NCBI GenBank assembly: GCA_964016885.1
Contig: OZ024742.1
Coordinates: 62,124,001-62,188,000, forward strand
Direction of reading: 5' to 3'
Origin: Eledone cirrhosa
Lineage: Eukaryota
DNA: 64,000 nucleotides
In this document: piece by piece, positions 13,473 to 27,206 of the stretch
Position numbering within the stretch: position 1 is the stretch's first letter
How the letters are laid out: each line of letters begins with the position of its first letter
The notes under the pieces: generated by a model
The model's input: the letters and a program-made list of their open reading frames with translations, nothing else
Databases searched by the model: none
What the model was told of the DNA's origin: nothing
Program-made: the position numbers and the translations under genes

Positions 13473-13708
13473 ATACCTTCCTGCCAGATGGTTGAACGTC
13501 TGAAAGTATATACTTTCTTTATGCATATTAACGGCTGAGCAGCCTAATTTTCATATCGAGTGAGTTTAGTCGGCCGGGCACACCGAAAACGATAAATGGA
13601 ATAGAATGAAACGAAATTTCATTTCTCACTCTTAGTACATACATGCATACTTACATTTAAGTAACTGCCGTACTAAGAGTGAGAAATGAAATTTCGTTTC
13701 ATTCTATT

Positions 13709-13803
<95 letters not shown>

Positions 13804-14250
13804 TGTGTGTGTGTGTGTGTATGCGCGGGGACATAGAAATAATCGGGATGGATACCCGATCGTGCGGTTAAACTACTGGGAGTGAAGGACCCCTAGCCTT
13901 TATCAGGGCATTCTTCTAGGAGAAAGCAACTCAGGAAACTGGGATAACTCCGACATAAAACCTGCGGCTAAATAGTTACCGATTATGTTGATCTTTTCTT
14001 CTTTTCTGGTTATAGCTACTGTGTCGCTCAGAGAGTGGGATTGGCTCAGTGCACAGTCTTTCCTTACTTAAAAAAAAATCTTCAAACACAGACATTGCAC
14101 GATGACATTAATTGATAATTATTAATAATGTTATATCGTGCAATGGCCATACTCGATAACGAGGGGCAGCCATCATGTATGTATGTATGTTCAGATTCAC
14201 ATGAGTTTGTATTAGTGAATGACTGCAGTTATTCGTGCCCGTACATGCGC

Positions 14251-14345
<95 letters not shown>

Positions 14346-14830
14346 AGATTGGAAATCCTAATAAACTGCAGAAAGATCAGGAAGTATACATCTCGGCCTT
14401 GATAATTGGGCAGGAACCACGGACAAAACATAACAACCTAAACACAACATCGGAATAACTTCCACTATTTTTCATATCTCATTTCATTACCACTGTTAGG
14501 CTTGTTAATTTTATTTTTACTCCTGTAAATATTAGGTTGCATCCTTTATCATATCCCCCACTACTAAACATATCACCATGCATCCACCACTCTCAACCAC
14601 ACCAACACATACCGCATACCCTTGAGGCACACACAAACCACCAGCACTATACACTTCACCACAACTGATTTCATCACCTCCTTTTGTATCACTAATTTCA
14701 CCACCGTTGTTTAACATCACTTGTTTTCCCTAATACACTTTCACTCCTCTCATATCTTTTCTGCCACACGATATCATCTAGATGCACTGCTAACGCATGT
14801 ACACCCACGCTTGTTTTTTGTGTGCATATA

Positions 14831-14922
<92 letters not shown>

Positions 14923-17047
14923 CACAGCCATATAGTAGTATGGACCCCCGGACTATGCGCACGCATATCTCGCTACCGTGTACACAAGCAGAGACGCAGA
15001 CATATGTACAATACGTGCATGGGACGTTGTGTCCGAAAATACCTATAATTCGTATAATATGTATGTGAGCTCGTTGTGCCAGTGCAGAAGTGCAGGATGA
15101 CCAGTATGGACATTCCATATGTCCCTCCACGAGCAGACGTATCTAGTAATGTATGCCCGTGTGTCTCCGTGCATCTTCCGCGTGTGCCTGTGTGGGGTGA
15201 TGCATAACTGTATATATATTTATATTGATGCATGTGTGGATATGCATACATACGCGTATGTCTCTGGGTGCGTGTTTACACATGTATATTTATATTCCTT
15301 TTTATATTCTTTTCACACAATATGCACTGCGCAGGTATCTTGCCTCTACCCACAGTGTTTTAGCAAACTTTCCAAAAATATTTTTTTTTATAAACATTTT
15401 TTTATAGTCTTTTTAAACACTTACCTCATACCATAATTCTTTATTTCATTAATTCTTTATATATATTTTCAAACACTAACCTCATACCATTCTCATCACT
15501 TCATTAATTCTTTATAGAGCGAATCCCCTTTAACAATGTCTAAACAGCTTTAAAAAAAGCCCCACCCCAACCTAGTATAACCTACCTCCCTTATGTCTCC
15601 CCTCATTCCTTTCCACTCACTCTTCCGTGACAAACTGATGACCAGTAGAAACTCCCCTACTCCTAATACAACACCGCATTCTTTCATGTCACATCACCCA
15701 CAGCCATACAACGTCCACACACACACAGCACTTTCGCCTCACCACGTACACGCCGAAACGTCTATGACAAACCAAAACACCACACCCCTCAACTCTTGCT
15801 CCCACCACCACCCCATCACTATGTTCATACCCCCCACCACCTATCACACATATCAAAACATTCCTCATAGCTAAACCACCAATCAAAACAACATAAATTG
15901 ACCACCATATGAATGCGAAACGTTACAGACATTTCTATGCTTCATATGTTCCTTCTGTCATTACAACAGCAGAGGTCCGACGAGCTTTAGATTCCAGAGT
16001 CAGGCCAGATCGATACAGATCGTTGAACTGATCAATAGCTCTAGACCTGGCTACTGACGTGAACTTAAACATCGAGTGCTCACCTGGGTGAACCTACAGT
16101 AACTTGGTTAAACTCCCTAGATATATTTGTGTATATATATATATGTTTGTGTGTGTGGATTATTATGCACTATTGTATATAATATATATTACTATATTCT
16201 GATATTATTATAATTTTATGTAAGGGCGGTGGATTGGCAGTATCAGTGGTGGGTCGGACGCCATGCTTTCCAGCATAGAGTTATGTCCTTTTACGGTCTG
16301 AATTCAAATCCCGCCGAAATTAGCTTTGCCTTTCATCCTTACGGGGTCGATAAAATAAAGTGCCAGTAATGCACTGGGATAATTGCTGGCCTTATGCCAA
16401 AAGTAGAAACAATTATTATATTTTTATGTTCTGTACTTACGAACCTATGCTCGCTTGCCCATATCTAAACTATAATAAAGCAAGGGCTGCGGGACTGCGC
16501 ACGGTTTATTTCTTTTAATCCAGTTAGTAAAATAAGTTGGATTACTTTAAATAAATAATGAATGAATATTACATAATTTATGTGCTAAATTTCATAAACC
16601 AATAAATTCGTAAAAATAAATAATCTAAAATTTACTTCTTTTCAAAGTTGCACTTCCGGTATATCGTCGCCACCACCACCACTTCAACTACCATATACAT
16701 AGAAAGAGAGAGTGTGTAATGAGAGAAATAGAGAGATTATGATTTTCTACACACTGACGCGTATGAGTGTGCACATACATACATCTATATGTATGAGTAT
16801 ATAACTATAATCGCGCAAACACAAACTTATAAAAATACACACCCACGGACATAATTCACACAAATACACGTACATTCACACATACTTTCACACAAACATA
16901 CATACATTTACACAAACACACACATACAGTCATGATAGCGTTCGATTTAATTGGAAATAGGAGGGTAAAACAAGTATAACGTTTTATTTATTTATTAACT
17001 CTTTATTTATTTATTAACTATTTTTTTTAAAAACTCATTTAATATAA

Positions 17048-17527
17048 CTAGCAGAAAAACCATCCTTCGGGTGTTTTTCTGCTAGCTTGTGTAGTGTGTA
17101 TATTGATATACGCAAGTATATATGCATGTAGATATGATACATTAAATAAAACTGTAATTGACAATATACACAGAAATTGAACGAAGACTGTGTTACACTG
17201 TCTTCTGTAATCAGTAACGTAATCCATGATACATTAAAAAAAGACGATATTATATATAAACTGCATTAGGAGAAAATTAGTGACAGAAATATATGAATAT
17301 TCATTTAAACGATCGCTAACCGGAAGTGTTGACATTTGAACATTTTTAAGAAGTGAATCTTTAAATAAGTAATAAAATATATTTAATGAACAGCCACGAA
17401 ATTTAGTAGATAAATTGTGTAATATTCATTCATTATTTATTCAAAGTAATCCAACTTATTTTACTAAGGGGATAAAAAATCATAAACCGTACACAGTCCC
17501 GCGCTTCTTACTTTATTATAGTTTAGA
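17048..17527 (-). mobile_element. 480-bp non-autonomous Helitron derivative
   Basis: A|TCTAAACTATAATAAAG...hairpin (gcagaaaaacacccgaaggatggtttttctgc)-CTAG|T; second copy at 62759-63242. Confidence 0.82.
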
Positions 17528-17597
17528 TTAAGCACTATTGTACAGCCATTGATTAGATATATATAAATATAATAGCATATAAATTATGTCAGATGCA

Positions 17598-17646
<49 letters not shown>

Positions 17647-17717
17647 TTATATTTATATATATACATACACACACATACATACATACTACACCACACACAA
17701 ATCGTTTTCCGAAGTTA

Positions 17718-19010
17718 CTGGTCTGTACTGTGCATGCGCGAAGGCTGGTCCAGAATGCGCATGCGCAAAGGCTGGACAGAAGTGCGTATGCCCGAAAGCT
17801 GGTCCGAAGTGCGCATGGGCGAAGGCATGTCCGTACTGCGCATGCGCGAAGGCTGGTCGGAAGTGCGCATGCGCGAAGGCTGGTTCGCACTGCGCATGCG
17901 CGAATTCTTGTTCGAAGTGCGCGTGCGCAAAGTCTGGGCCAAAGTGCGCATGCGCGAAGTCTGGTCCAAAGTGCGCATGCAGGAATGCTGCTCCAAGTGC
18001 GCATGCGCGAAGGGTGGTCCGTACTGCGCATGCACAAATGCTATTACGTACTGTGCATGCGCGAAGGCTGGTACGTGCTGGGCATGCGCGAAAACTCGTC
18101 CGAGTGCGCATACACGAAGGCTGGTCCTCACTGCCCATGCGCGAACACTGGTCCGAAGTGTGCATGCGCGAAGGCTGGTCCGTACTGTGCATGCGCGAAA
18201 GGTGGTCCGTACTGCGCATGCGCGAAGGCTATTACGTACTGCGCATGCGCGAAGGCTGGTACGTACTGGGCATGCGCGAAGACTTGTCCGAAGTGCGCAT
18301 GCGCGAAGGCTGGTCCGAACTGCGTTTCGTGTATGCTGGTCCGTACTGCTCATGCGGGAGGCTGGTCGGCACTGCGCATGCGCAATGACTGGTCAGTACT
18401 GCGCATGCGCGAAGTCTGGTCCGAAGTGCGCATGCGCGAAGTCTGGTCCGAAGGGCGCATGCGTGAAATTGGTCTGAGTGCGCATGTGCGAAGTCTGGTC
18501 CGAGGGGCGTATGCGCGAAACTAGTCCGAAAGCGCATGCGGAGTCTGGTCCGAGTGCGCATGCGCGAAATTGGTCTGGGTGCGCATGCGCGAAGTCTGGT
18601 CTGAAGTGCGCATGCGCGAAGTCTGGTCCGTATGTGCGAAACTAGTCCGAAAGCACATGCGCGAAGTCTGGTCCGAAGTGCGCATGCGCAAAGGCTTGTT
18701 CGAAGTGCGCATGCGGAGGCTGGTCCGTACAGCGCATGCACAAAGGCTGGTGGTCCGTACTGCGCATGCACGAAGGCCTCTCCGAAGTGCGCACGCGCGA
18801 AGGTTGGTTCGAAGTGCGCATGCACGAATGCTGGTCCGTACTGCGCATGCGCGAACACTGGTCTGAAGTGCACATACACGAAGGGTGGTCTGTACTGCGC
18901 ATGCCCGAAGGCTGGTCCGCACTGCGCATGCGCGAAGGATGGTCTGTACTGCGCATGCGCGAATGCTGGTCCGTACTGCGCATGTGCGACGACCTGTCCG
19001 TACTGCGCAT

Positions 19011-19015
<5 letters not shown>
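17718..19015. repeat. 27-bp GC-rich tandem array (~48 units, consensus CGAAGGCTGGTCCG(T/A)A(C/G)TGCGCATGCG)
   Basis: 27-bp period gives 9-aa repeats (RRLVRTAHA) in the ORF track. Confidence 0.95.
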
Positions 19016-19054
<39 letters not shown>

Positions 19055-19195
19055 CTATACATACCGCACACAAATCGTCTTCCGATGTTAGTGAAGCTAT
19101 TATTAATATTCCTCGTATAAAGTAACTTACAAATTCTTCGTGATACTTGAAATGCAATTATATATCTAACGGACACACTCTCTAGAATAGATATA

Positions 19196-19280
<85 letters not shown>

Positions 19281-20064
19281 GAGAGTTAGATAGACAGGTA
19301 GGTTGGCAGGTAGATAGATAGGTCGATAGATCGATACGTAGATATATATGTAGGTAGATAGAAAGATAGACGATAGTGTGGTTATCTCTATATGTGGCTG
19401 TGTGTATGTATGTGATGATCTGGAAATAAGGAAAGGATAATTTACTACAGTACCAATGATTCAATCTACAGGTGTATATTCTTTTTACCATTTCATAAGT
19501 ATATACACTCACTCACACACGTATATATATATATATATGTATGAGTGGTGTGTGTATATGTGTATCTGTGTGTGTGTGCATAAGTGTTTATGTGTATATA
19601 TATGTATATGTGTGTGTATCTGTTTGCTTATGTGTGTGTGTGCATATATGTGTTACTGTATCTGTGTATATGTGTGCGTTTATATCCGTGTGTGTGTCTC
19701 GTGATTGTAATGTTGAGAGTTCGAATCCCATCAGTGCCTTGTGTTCTTGAGCAAGACACTTTATTTCTCCTTTCTTCTCTCCACTGAAGTAAAAAAAAGT
19801 GTACTCTGCCAGTAAGTCGAAGAACCAATGTAGTCCCACCCTGAAACCCTCCTTTAAACGTGTCTATTGAATGCTCAGACACTCTCACCTTAATTTCAGG
19901 CAGTTCCATTTGAGAAACCTAGCTGGAAGAATCCTCGTCGCAAGCGAGCGATAGGGTACCATCATACATATGAACACATAGACACACACACACGTTTCAA
20001 AGAGAATAAGTACTAGATTTTAAAATATATGTACTGGAATTGAGGTAAAGAAAATCCTTTAATC

Positions 20065-23000
20065 GTGGTACCCCAGTATGGGCACAGTCTAACGTCTGAA
20101 ACATGTGCAGGCCGGAGAATTGTTCTTCCTTCTTTAATCTATGGTTCCCCTCGCTTCTACAGTGAGTGCTTTCAGAATTCGATGACTGTGGTTCGACACA
20201 TGGGAAAGTCATCTTATTTCATCACGGTAACAACTAACCCTAACTGGGATGAAATAAAAAATAGTTTGCACCCTGGTGAAGAACCTAGAGACCGTCCTGA
20301 TATTTGTGCAAGAGTCTTCAGGATCAAGTATGACAGCCTCATGGATGACATACTGAAAAAAAATGTTCTAGGTAAAGTTGTGGCTCATTCTGCTACAATA
20401 AATAGAGTGGCAGCAAAACGAGGCCTCACTCATGCTCATATTCTGCTGATAATGGCTGAAGATAGCAAGACCAAAGCTGCTGATGCCATTGATCAGGTAG
20501 TGTACTGTGAGATTTCTGATAAAGAGACCAATCCAATTCTGCATAAGATCATCACATCCTGAAACATTCATGGCCCATGTGGACAAGTTAATATGATGTG
20601 CTCATGTATGGAAGGACTAGGACAACAACGCCATTGCTCAAAAAGTTATCCCAAGGCATTCAGACAAACCACATTTGTTGCCGAAAATTCCTTTCCGGAG
20701 TATAGAAGAAGGGATAGACAGCATGGTGGTCACACCCATACAATCCAACTTAAAGGTCAAGAATTTACTGTTGATAATCATTGGATTGTTCCATACAACC
20801 CTTTCCTCTCATTGAGATATCAGTGCCACATCAATTGTGAGGTTGTCCACAGTGTCAAGGATGTTAAGTACTTATATAAGTACATCACAAAAGGATCAGA
20901 CACGATTACTTTCACTATTAAGGATGATCAAGGAAATTGCGTCCATGCCCAAAATGAGATTGAGACCTCATGCACGGTACATCTCAGCCAGTTAAGCATT
21001 CTGGAGAATCTATAAATTTCTATTACATCGTCGAAAACCGCCATTTACCTGGGGAACAAATGGTCGTGTATGAGCGAGGGCAGGAAGAAAGTGTTGTTTC
21101 TAGGGGACAGCCAATGACTAATTTGACTGAATATTTTCAACTGAATATTAGAGAACCACTGGCACAAAACATTGTATATTGATATTCTTAAATATTTCAC
21201 TTGGACAAACAAAAAGTGGCAAAGAAGAAAAAAGAGACATCTGGATGGTGATGAACAATATATGAGTGAATCTCTTGGACGCATTCCAACAGTATCTCTC
21301 AGTAGACATCAATCTGAATTATATTACCTCAGGATGATCCTACATCACAAGGCTAGGTCAACTTCATACAAAGATTTGAGGACAATTGAAGGAGTTGAAT
21401 TTCCAACATTCCAAGAAGCATGCAGGAAACTTGGTCTGTTAGATGAAGATGGAAAAAAAGACAAAGCTATGGAAGAGGCCTCATCCATTACGCTTGGTCC
21501 TCAGCTGCGAGAGATCTTCTGCACCATTTTATTGCACAGCATGCCAAATGACCCTCTGCAGCTCTGGGAGAAATGGAAGAATTGTCTTGCAGAGGATATC
21601 ATGCATGAACGTCATGAGAAAGTTATGTCCATGCAAACCGTGCAGATTGTTCTACAGAAGATCCAACAAAGACTTCAACATGATGGCTTGGACATTCATG
21701 CCAACTATGGACATCCTCGGCCAGACCTAACTATTGTTGCCATACCAGAAATCAACAGGGTTCTTATGGCAGAAACTGATTTCAATACACACCAACTGCA
21801 AGTAAACATAAATGAACTTCTGCCAACATTGAATCATGAGCAACTGGTTATTTTTCACAAAGTAATCACCTCTGTAAATGAAAATGAAGGCAGCATTTTC
21901 TGCTTGACTGCAAGTGCAGGTACAGGAAATACCTATGTCATAACCATCCTATTGGATTACCTCCGATCTGAAAAAAAGAATTGCACTTGCCACTCCCATA
22001 TCTGGAATAGCAGCCACTTTGCTTCACAAAGGTAGAACTCTTCATTCCAAGTGCAAGATTCCTCTCAATGTGACTGCTGAATCAACTTGCTTCTTCACAA
22101 AGAGGATGACGCAGGTAAACTTATGCAGCAAGCTGACCTGCTAATCATTGATGAGATAGGTATGGGATATAAGCATATCTTTGAATGCCTTGACAGGAGC
22201 TTCAAAGATGTTCGAGATTGCAAAAAGCCATTTGGTGGTCTAACAGTATTACTATCTGGTGACTGGAAGCACATTCTTCCAGTTGCACGTCAGGGTGCTA
22301 GACCACAAATAGTTGAGGCAACCACCAAGAGATTCTGTCTCTGGGACTATGTGGAAACCATGGAGATGACAACCAATCAACGGTTAATTAATGCAGAGGA
22401 TTCTGATGAAAGACAGTTTGCAAACTACCTTCTTGATGTGGGAAATAGTAACATTCCAACTGTTCCAACTGTAGGTGTATTCACAATTCTTCTGCCAAAT
22501 GAACTTTGTCTGGAATATGGTAGTGTGTCTGGACTGTGTGATTTTGTGTATACAAATCTTCCAGGAAACTACACAAACCCACTATGGCTTGCAAATAGAG
22601 CCATTATCACTCCAACACACGATGCAACAAGATTGGTGAATGAGTTCATGGTCAACAAGTTCCCTGGTCATGAAATAATCTACAGAAGCTCTGATACAGT
22701 AGATAATGAACTGCAATATCCAATTGGGTTCATCAACAAACTTACCCCATCAGGCTTCCCAACACACATACTTAAACTGAAGAAAGGCAGTTGCATCATA
22801 CTTCTGAGAAATCTGGATCCTCTAAACGGGCATTGCAATGGTACCCGCTACATCATCAGTTTACATAATCATGTAATTGAAGCTGAAGTGGCATTGGGTC
22901 CCAATGCTGGAACAAGGTTGCTAACCCCAAGGATACCACATGTATCTCAAGAGCTTGAGTTCCCTTTCACCTTTACTCGCAAGCAATTTCCTGTCAAACC

Positions 23001-23190
23001 AGCCTTTGCCCTTACATGCAACAAGGCACAAGGGCAGATATTTGAGAAGGTAGGTGTATATTACCAACACAATTCTTCTCACATGGTTAGATATATGTTG
23101 CATTATCACGAGTTACAAAAAAAAAAAAAAAAATTAAATGAAAGGGGTCTGTTTGCTGATAACTGTGTCTACAAAGAAATTCTACAGTGA
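20065..23190 (+). pseudogene. Helitron Rep/PIF1-helicase, frameshifted
   Basis: Rep motifs YFITVTTNPNW, KRGLTHAHIL, KYLYKYITKG; helicase motifs AGTGNT, IIDE, SGDW, GHCNGTR, QFPVKPAFALTCNKAQGQ; split across several ORFs. Confidence 0.93.
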
Positions 23191-25162
23191 TGTGAAACAG
23201 CTATCACTTTCTTTTAGTTGAAATGCATTTCAGTTACTTTTTAACTGCTAGAAAAGGGACACTACAAAAACTTAAGAAGTCTATATGTGAATACAGTAAA
23301 ACAACAATATAGCGAAGGGCAACTCTTCATATTGGTAAATGTAATTCATTCATTCATACCAGCAGCATCTATTTTCAAATTCACTGCTTGAAGCTACCCA
23401 TCGACATTCTCAAGTGAAGATTCATGAACATTTTCCGTCAACAGTTTCATCGCTTTTCCATCTCCATTATCGCCTTTTTTAAAAATATATCATGGATTAC
23501 TTTACTGATTACAGAAGTAAGTGTAACACAGTCTTTGTTCACTTTATGTGTATATTGTCAATTTACGTTATATATCTATGTGCATATATATTTGGTATAT
23601 CAATATACACACTATATATGCTAGCAGAAAACCGCCCGAAGGCGTGTATGGATATGTGTTTTGATGCTCACCAGTTTGTATATTAGTGTACACATGCGAA
23701 AGTATCTGTCCATGCATGCAATCACATATATATATATATATATCGATGTGTCTATTCAAGTGCACATGTGATATACTAACACATCGAACACACCATTATC
23801 ACGTTAGTAACACCTTTAAAATTATCATTAACTTTATCTTTGTTTATTTTAATCTATATTTTTACTACTAATTAATACTACAGTCGGATACAGTGATATA
23901 ATCGTCAGCAAAGTTACCATTGCCACTTCTATATCAGCACCGTTATTAATATACATTCATTCGACACCATAGCTGGTTAAAATCAACCATACTGCAATTA
24001 TGTAAGCTAACTTAACAAGGACCACTAATTTTTCTCTCATAAATTTAACCCTCAATCTTTAACACACGTCACATTCATCAATAGCATGATGTATACTATC
24101 ATTATTATTTGCTTTGACGCATTGAGTTACGGCCCTTGCCATTCTGAGTTCAAATCCCGCCAAGGTTAACTTTGCCTTTCATCCTTACGGGGTCGATAAA
24201 ATAAAATACCAGTAATGCACTGGGTAATTGCTGGCCTTGTGCCAAAAGTAGAAACAATTATTATTACTATAGCTGTTATAGTTATCATTACTTTTCTAAT
24301 TCGTTCAGCAACAATCATTATTACGGGGTCGATAAAATAAAGTACAAGTAATGCACTGGGTAAATTGCTGACCTTGTGCCAAAAAGTAGAAACAATTATA
24401 ACGGGGAATTGGCAGTATCGGTAGAGGGTTGGACGCCATGCTTTCTAGCATAGTTACGTTCGTTTACGGTCTGAGTTCAAATCTCGTCGAGGTTAACTTT
24501 GCCTTTCATCCTTACGGGGTCGATAAAATAAAGTATCAGTAATGTACTAGGATAATTGCTGGCCTTGTGCCAAAAGTAGAAACAATTATTATTGGTTACA
24601 TTTATGGTTAATCATATTCAATATCACTGTCAATATATATATTGAATATTTTAATTTTTATTTGAACGATTGTATTTACGTATATTCTAGCATCACTATC
24701 ATTGTCCTACATATCGTAAACAGCTGTCACCATCGTTGTTATTGTTGGTTTTGTCATGGTAGCATTGTCCCTGTTGATTTAAGTAGAGGCTGGGCAGAGA
24801 TCATAAGAGAAAAACTCAAAACTGCCTTTATCACCAGATCTAACGACGCCAGTCCGAGAACAAAATAACTAAAGAATGCGGACGAAGCAATGGGCCACAT
24901 GTTGAGATTAGCGGCAGGCAAGTCAAAAGCTAGACGATTCTTAAAGATTAAATTAACCAATCAGAAAACGAATACATAAACTGCTAGAACTTAACAAACA
25001 GAAGGTTCATATGCCGACCCACTTCACTACTGGATGGACGTGCAAAACCACCGGCATATCACAATGATTGCATAATTGCACCTATGGCGTAAGCATTACA
25101 ATAGAACGAGAGGAAACATAATAGTACAAGTGATGATGTCACAGATGTGTGACGAAAGAAAT

Positions 25163-25218
<56 letters not shown>

Positions 25219-25386
25219 CTGCATTTTAACCGTTAGTCAATCAATGATAAACATTGATTGCCAGATAAATTAACCATGGAGATATAAAAGATACAGAAGC
25301 GAAAACCAACCCAAACCAAATAGTGAGTGTGTTCTGTTGTTATTTCTGGCAATATTATAACAATATGACACCCCCCCGCCAAGTAT

Positions 25387-25430
<44 letters not shown>

Positions 25431-25491
25431 GAAAAAGTGAAGAATAACATGGTCAACAGTACAAAAAAGGGGAATTTATGAATTTATTTAC

Positions 25492-25585
25492 AGTCTAACA
25501 ATTGTTTCTCTGATTAAGTTGTCTAAAAATTGCAGTGCCACTCAATTTTAAATACGATGCTAGTTCAATCAGATCATCAGAGACT
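25492..25585 (-). ncRNA. Type-I hammerhead ribozyme motif
   Basis: agtct-CTGATGA-tctgatt[loop]aatcaga-GAAA-caattg-TT-agact: stem I 5 bp, stem II 7 bp, palindromic stem III acaattgt, GUU site. Confidence 0.82.
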
Positions 25586-25654
25586 ATTACAAAAAATATA
25601 TAACCGGTAAATCTACAAATTCAAATTACAGCATCAATAATATTAGTAATAAAG

Positions 25655-26270
25655 ATAGAGAGAGAAAAAAAGAAAACAAAGAAAAAAAGAAAAAAAGAAA
25701 AAAAGAAAAAAAGAAAAAAAGAAAAAAAAAAAAGAAAAAAAGAAAAAAAGAAAAAAAGAAAAAAAGAAAAAAAGAAAAAAAGAAAAAAAAAGAAAAAAAG
25801 AGAGATAGATAAAGGAAAGAAATAAAAATAAAAATAAAAATAAAAATAAAAATAAAAATAAAAATAAAAATAAAAATAAAAATAAAATAAAAATAATAAA
25901 AATAAAAATAAAAATAAAAATAAAAATAAAAATAAAAATAAAAATAAAAATAAAAATAAAAATAAAAATAAAAATAAAAATAAAAATAAAAATAAAAATA
26001 AAAATAAAAATAAAAATAAAAATAAATAAAAATAAAAATAAAAATAAAAATAAAAATAAAAATAAAAATAAAAATAAAAATAAAAAGGAAAATAAAAATA
26101 AAAATAAAAATAAAAATAAAAATAAAAAGAAAAATAAAAAGAAAATAAAAAGAAAAAGAAAAAGAAAAAGAAAAAGAAAAAGGAGAAATAAAAACAGAGA
26201 AAGATATAGAGAGAAAAAGATATAGAGAAAGGAGGATAGAAAGAGGGGAGAAATCAACAATAAATGAATA
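25655..26270. repeat. Compound (GAAAAAAA)n/(AAAAAT)n simple repeat
   Basis: Seen directly. Confidence 0.95.
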
Positions 26271-27130
26271 AATGTTAATATATGAATAAATGAAAATAAA
26301 TAAATAAATTACATCGAGGATGATACAAAATGATACAAAATATGAAATATGAAAATATGAAAATATGAAAATAAATAAGTAAAAAATGTGCGAAGAAATT
26401 TAAACACATTAAGATTATTGAAACTGGTTAAAATATAGAGACATACGAAGGTATAAATATGATAATGTTAAATATATTTATGTGTATTGGTTATTTTAAT
26501 AAATTAATTATATAATTAATTAATTATTTGATTAATTAGTTGTATGTTATATTAGAAGTGAAAATGATATAAGATAAAATAAAATGCCAGACATGAAATA
26601 AATTTAGGGAGAGAAATAGAGAGATAGAAAGTGAAAGATAGAGATACATAAAATCTGAATGTAAATATAAGTGGTTTTGATGTTGGTTCATTGATAGATG
26701 ATGACAATTATAACAATAATGATGATGATGTGATATTATAATAGATCTAAGTGGTACAATTTGGGTTATGGAATAGATAAGATGAATTAAGCTGGTCTAA
26801 AGTTCTCAAATTTGGTCGCCGTTTTATGCCTACAGAAAATAGTTCTTTCAATTTTACTGTTAAGTAGCATTTTGTTGTAATTTAAAATTTGGAAAAGTTC
26901 CATATTTCAAAGACCACAGTGGGACATGCCAATTCGATAGGCAGTTGGTGTTGATAGCTTCGTTTAGCTGATTTTATATTCCATGTTTGCATCTCTGAGT
27001 TGCCAGATTTTATTGGCGAGAGTTGTATTGATGAGCTTCCTGTTATTCATAGAGTGTCTATGGACATACCATATTTTCTTAAATTCCCCAGCTGTAGATA
27101 TACTATGTAGTGACATGCTAAGCTGCCTGA

Positions 27131-27206
<76 letters not shown>

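Larger units (their letters stand above)
16464..23645 (+). mobile_element. Decayed autonomous Helitron
   Basis: 5' A|TCTAAACTATAATAAAG; RepHel remnants; 3' region (23475-23645) homologous to the 3' end of the derivative at 17048-17527, with the terminal hairpin partly lost. Confidence 0.72.
25428..27130 (-). mobile_element. Penelope-like (Naiad-like) 3' part: GIY-YIG C-terminus, T-rich UTR, hammerhead, tail
   Basis: FKKIWYVHRHS...TTLANKIWQLR...CGL*NME...LLNS...CRHK, then (TTTTTA)n/(TTTTTTTC)n, then the hammerhead; flanked by (TA)n. Confidence 0.72.

Noticed and set aside
12945-15130. [12 protein letters not shown] ORFs here and elsewhere, and the poly-F/L/R ORFs at 25643, 46446 and 51313
   Set aside because: Translations of microsatellites.
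15635-15665. CTGATGA-ccagta-GAAAC hammerhead-like string
   Set aside because: No stem I, II or III pairing.
17528-19512. Long overlapping ORFs (up to 426 aa) and a CRISPR-like look
   Set aside because: Product of the 27-bp tandem array: no unique spacers, no cas genes, eukaryotic context.
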